Assembly: GCA_964248365.1 (NCBI GenBank)
Contig: CAXTYC010000013.1
Coordinates: 32,001-96,000 of the forward strand
Direction: 5' to 3'
From: an uncultured Chroococcidiopsis sp.
GTDB taxonomy: Bacteria > Cyanobacteriota > Cyanobacteriia > Cyanobacteriales > Chroococcidiopsidaceae
DNA: 64,000 nt
Shown here: piece after piece, positions 61,031 through 64,000 of the stretch
Numbering within the stretch: the first letter of the stretch is position 1
How the letters are laid out: every line of letters starts with the position of its first letter
The notes under the pieces: generated by a model
What the model was told of the DNA's origin: nothing
The model's input: the letters and a program-made list of their open reading frames with translations, nothing else
Database searches by the model: none
Translations under genes and position numbers: made by a program

Positions 61031-61648
61031 TTAAAGCGTAAAATTTTCTTGGAAGCTTTGACGAGTTAGCGGCTGCTCTAATTCCAAGCCTTCTCCGCCC
61101 AAAACTTCTAAGGGTTTTCCTTCAACTTCAATCCACACTTTTGCCGATGGCTGTAAACTTGTGGCAGTATATATCACTTGTGCCGCACGCCCAATCATAG
61201 CTGCACTACCGCCTCCGGTGGTAAATTGTTCAGACAAATTAACGTGAATACCATCTTGTTCCATCTTTAGACTTCGGAGCTTTGTTCCCTCTGGAATAGT
61301 AGTACTAACAGCAGCATCTTTTGGTCCGGCTAATAAGTTATTAAAAGCAGTTGACAAAACAGTACCAGGCTGCTGATCGGCAGCAGTTGTAATCGGCTGG
61401 GGAACCAATTCCTGTTTACTGCCTGTGTCTTTTAGCCAAAATACCTGTGCCGTTTGCTGTATTGGTGGTGTTACAGGCGAGGGAACTGGCGACTCCTGTG
61501 TTGTGCTAACTGAAGGAGGTGAGGTGGTGCGTGAAGGGGCAGAATGCCAATGCCACCAAGCAGCACCCCCTCCGGCGGTAACAGCTAGTGCTGCAATAGC
61601 TGCGATCGCACCACCAGGAATACGTTGTTCGCGTTGTTGTTTGACCAT
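61031..61648 (-). CDS. GerMN domain protein
   Basis: LLAGP...TTIPEGT, GGGS...QVIYT and GGEG motifs. Confidence 0.85.
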   Translation of the reverse strand: MVKQQREQRIPGGAIAAIAALAVTAGGGAAWWHWHSAPSRTTSPPSVSTTQESPVPSPVTPPIQQTAQVFWLKDTGSKQELVPQPITTAADQQPGTVLSTAFNNLLAGPKDAAVSTTIPEGTKLRSLKMEQDGIHVNLSEQFTTGGGSAAMIGRAAQVIYTATSLQPSAKVWIEVEGKPLEVLGGEGLELEQPLTRQSFQENFTL

Positions 61649-61740
61649 GAGGAAAACCCTCCCTAGGGCGGTAACATTATTGGTGTGAAAAGTAAAATAA
61701 TATATTAGCTACAAGGCGCGATACCAACGGTCACGCTTCG

Positions 61741-62544
61741 CTAACGCATTGACGAGTGCAAAAATCGAGCAGATGGGTCTACTCGCAAGAATGCCACAAT
61801 TTCTAATTTTTGTGGATTCACTTTTAATTGTAAAATTCGCGCCCTCAGTCCATACATTTCTAAATTGCTCAAATCTAGTTGTTTATTAAGATTAGTTGCG
61901 ATCGCCTTGACAAATTGCCCAGTTACTGCCTCCTGATTGACATACACTACTGGCTCGACAAACTGGATTTTTCGCCCAGAGGCAACACCTATTCCAGATT
62001 CGATGAGGATTGCTAATGACTGCCCATTAGCTGCTGTTAATTCCACCTGAAACCTTAGTCGATTATTAGGTAATAACTCTACTTTGGGATTAACAAATTT
62101 GGCTTTAGTTTTTGAATCTTCGTCTGCACCGAATTGGGGAATGTCTAGCTTGGACAAAATTGCTAAAACTGCCTCAGATTGTAGAGCAGAGTTAATATCC
62201 TGTTGCTCTAGGACTAAATGTACCCCAGCCTGAAACGAACGCCTTAATTTTAGCTGTCTGTGTCCCAGACTACTCGGTTCTAAATCAATTGGATCGGTTT
62301 CTAAATCCAAAGCAGCAATGCGGATACCTTGCTGTTTGAGCTTTAAACCCCGACCAGCTATTCGCACTCGCTCTACCTTCCCTTGTAGGAGTTGGTAACT
62401 AGGGGCGTTGTCAACTCGCACTACCAGATCTTCTGCCTCGTTCAACCCAGAACGGATGGCATTAAGAGCAGTGCGGTCTACGACTAACCCAACTGGAGCG
62501 ACTAAACCGAGAACGCCGGACAGGAGAATGGTAAGGAATTCCAT
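61741..62544 (-). CDS. DUF2993 (LmeA-like) domain protein
   Basis: VRVDNAPSYQLLQGKVERVRIAG pattern. Confidence 0.72.
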   Translation of the reverse strand: MEFLTILLSGVLGLVAPVGLVVDRTALNAIRSGLNEAEDLVVRVDNAPSYQLLQGKVERVRIAGRGLKLKQQGIRIAALDLETDPIDLEPSSLGHRQLKLRRSFQAGVHLVLEQQDINSALQSEAVLAILSKLDIPQFGADEDSKTKAKFVNPKVELLPNNRLRFQVELTAANGQSLAILIESGIGVASGRKIQFVEPVVYVNQEAVTGQFVKAIATNLNKQLDLSNLEMYGLRARILQLKVNPQKLEIVAFLRVDPSARFLHSSMR

Positions 62545-62883
62545 TGTCAGTTATCGCATCTCTCTTTCAATCGCCTCAATTGCTTTTTTTGCTTCAACAA
62601 ATCTACACTAGTTTGTTGGCAAAAAGTGTTGATAGCTTGAATTTTTAAGCCCGACTTAAGCAAATCCTGCACCATCACCTCTTTTCTTTTTATCCTGCAA
62701 AATTCTCCATTTCCAGGGGAATCGAGACTCAGATCAAGTTTATTCTCTAGCCTCTTAAGTCGCAAATTTGTATATTTTGTTTACAAGCAAGAGGAACCAG
62801 AGGAACTAGTAAATAATAATTCACCTTGTCACCTTGTCCCCTTGTCGGGTTGTCCCCTGTCCTTAACACTAGCCCCAGCGCCT

Positions 62884-64000
62884 TTAGCCTCTCGCCTCTA
62901 GCCTCTCGCCTCTAACCTCCTGGTCAATTCGCTGCTTGAGGGTAGAGACAACTTGATCGATCGCAATTTCCTGAGATTTGCGATTATGTCGTTCGACTAC
63001 TTCTACTTTGCCCTGGGAGAGCGATCGCCCTGTAACAATTCGATAAGGAATACCAATTAGGTCAGCATCTTTGAATTTGACTCCAGCCCGTTCGTCACGA
63101 TCATCTAGCAAAGTTTCAATTCCCGCGCTTATTAATTGGTTGTAGAGTTGTTCAGCGGCTTGGACTTGTTGGCTGTCGGCTATGTTGGGAATACAGATGA
63201 TGACTTGGTAGGGAGCGATCGCCACCGACCAAATAATGCCATCTTTGTCATAAGACTGCTCGATGGCTGCTTGTGCTAAGCGTGACACACCCAAACCATA
63301 GCAACCCATAACTAGGGGTACTTCCTCACCCTGCTCATTGGTGTAGGTGGCTCCCATCGCTTGAGAGTATTTTGTACCCAGTTGAAAAATATGTCCTACT
63401 TCAATACCTCTGGCACTTTTTAGAGTTTGACTGGGATCGTGGATAGCGCGATCGCCACTGTGCGCCTTTCTGAGATCCACCACTTGTTTTGGTAAGGTAA
63501 ATTGCTCACCCCAGTTTGCTCCTACTACGTGGTAGCCTGACTGGTTCGAGCCTGTAACAAAATTTTTCAAATCTACAACTGTTTTATCAACTAGCCGTAA
63601 AAATTTAGAATGCACTTGCTTGTCAGTGCGAATATAGTCATCGGCAATATCCGGCGCAATGTAACCCAAAGGTAAAGGTTGAGCCGCCCATTTTTGCTGT
63701 GTTTCCGCATCTGGTACTGTTAAGGCAAGAATAGTTTTAGCACCATATTGCGAGGCTAACCTCGTCAATTCGTTTTGTAATTTAACTTCATTAACTTCTT
63801 GATCGCCCCGAATGCTCACCAAAACCAGAAGGGTCATGCCATTGTCATAAACTATCTGGTAAAGGACATTTTTCACTACCTGGGTAGGGGAACACTTGAG
63901 GAATTGACAGAGTTTTGCGATCGTCTCGGTTCCTGGGGTTTCTCGTTTTTCATAAGTTGTGAAAGGTGAGGGTTCGGCATCAGTCGGCAATGATACAGCT
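62884..64000 (-). CDS. proS: Proline--tRNA ligase, 3' part; the 5' end lies beyond the window
   Basis: [24 protein letters not shown] and [11 protein letters not shown] motifs; the frame stays open to the window edge. Confidence 0.97.
   Translation of the reverse strand, partial: AVSLPTDAEPSPFTTYEKRETPGTETIAKLCQFLKCSPTQVVKNVLYQIVYDNGMTLLVLVSIRGDQEVNEVKLQNELTRLASQYGAKTILALTVPDAETQQKWAAQPLPLGYIAPDIADDYIRTDKQVHSKFLRLVDKTVVDLKNFVTGSNQSGYHVVGANWGEQFTLPKQVVDLRKAHSGDRAIHDPSQTLKSARGIEVGHIFQLGTKYSQAMGATYTNEQGEEVPLVMGCYGLGVSRLAQAAIEQSYDKDGIIWSVAIAPYQVIICIPNIADSQQVQAAEQLYNQLISAGIETLLDDRDERAGVKFKDADLIGIPYRIVTGRSLSQGKVEVVERHNRKSQEIAIDQVVSTLKQRIDQEVRGERLEARG

Larger units (their letters stand above)
1109..63922. 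repeat. HIP1 octamer GCGATCGC dispersed throughout (dozens of copies, not counted exactly)
   Basis: First copy at 1109-1116; recurs in most genes. Confidence 0.95.

Noticed and set aside
1611..62765. Numerous 60-130 aa ORFs overlapping or antisense to well-supported genes
   Set aside because: Shadow frames with no recognisable motifs.

Overview
The window is chromosomal DNA from a cyanobacterium: the HIP1 octamer GCGATCGC is frequent, and psbM, petL, ndhP and a phycobiliprotein lyase are present. It holds about 60 mostly housekeeping genes (rplI, gloB, a PepN-like peptidase, an RND pump, an SLH porin, Rrf2-cysK, queD, cobT, hemE, aroB, scpB, efp-accB, partial proS). Three small real genes missed by the ORF track were read by hand: psbM, ndhP and petL. 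I found no rRNA, tRNA, CRISPR array, transposase or reverse transcriptase. The most unusual feature is the repeat landscape. About 30 short-tandem-repeat (STRR-like) arrays show one polarity: G-rich units, then an AT-rich junction, then C-rich units, often built from non-complementary motifs. These arrays are translated in frame inside several proteins and supply several stop codons. One array encloses a four-helix-bundle (23S rRNA IVP/Avd-fold) gene. Several REP-like palindromes and a 44-bp hairpin element with compensatory base changes are nested in the arrays. Product calls come from recalled family motifs, not database searches.
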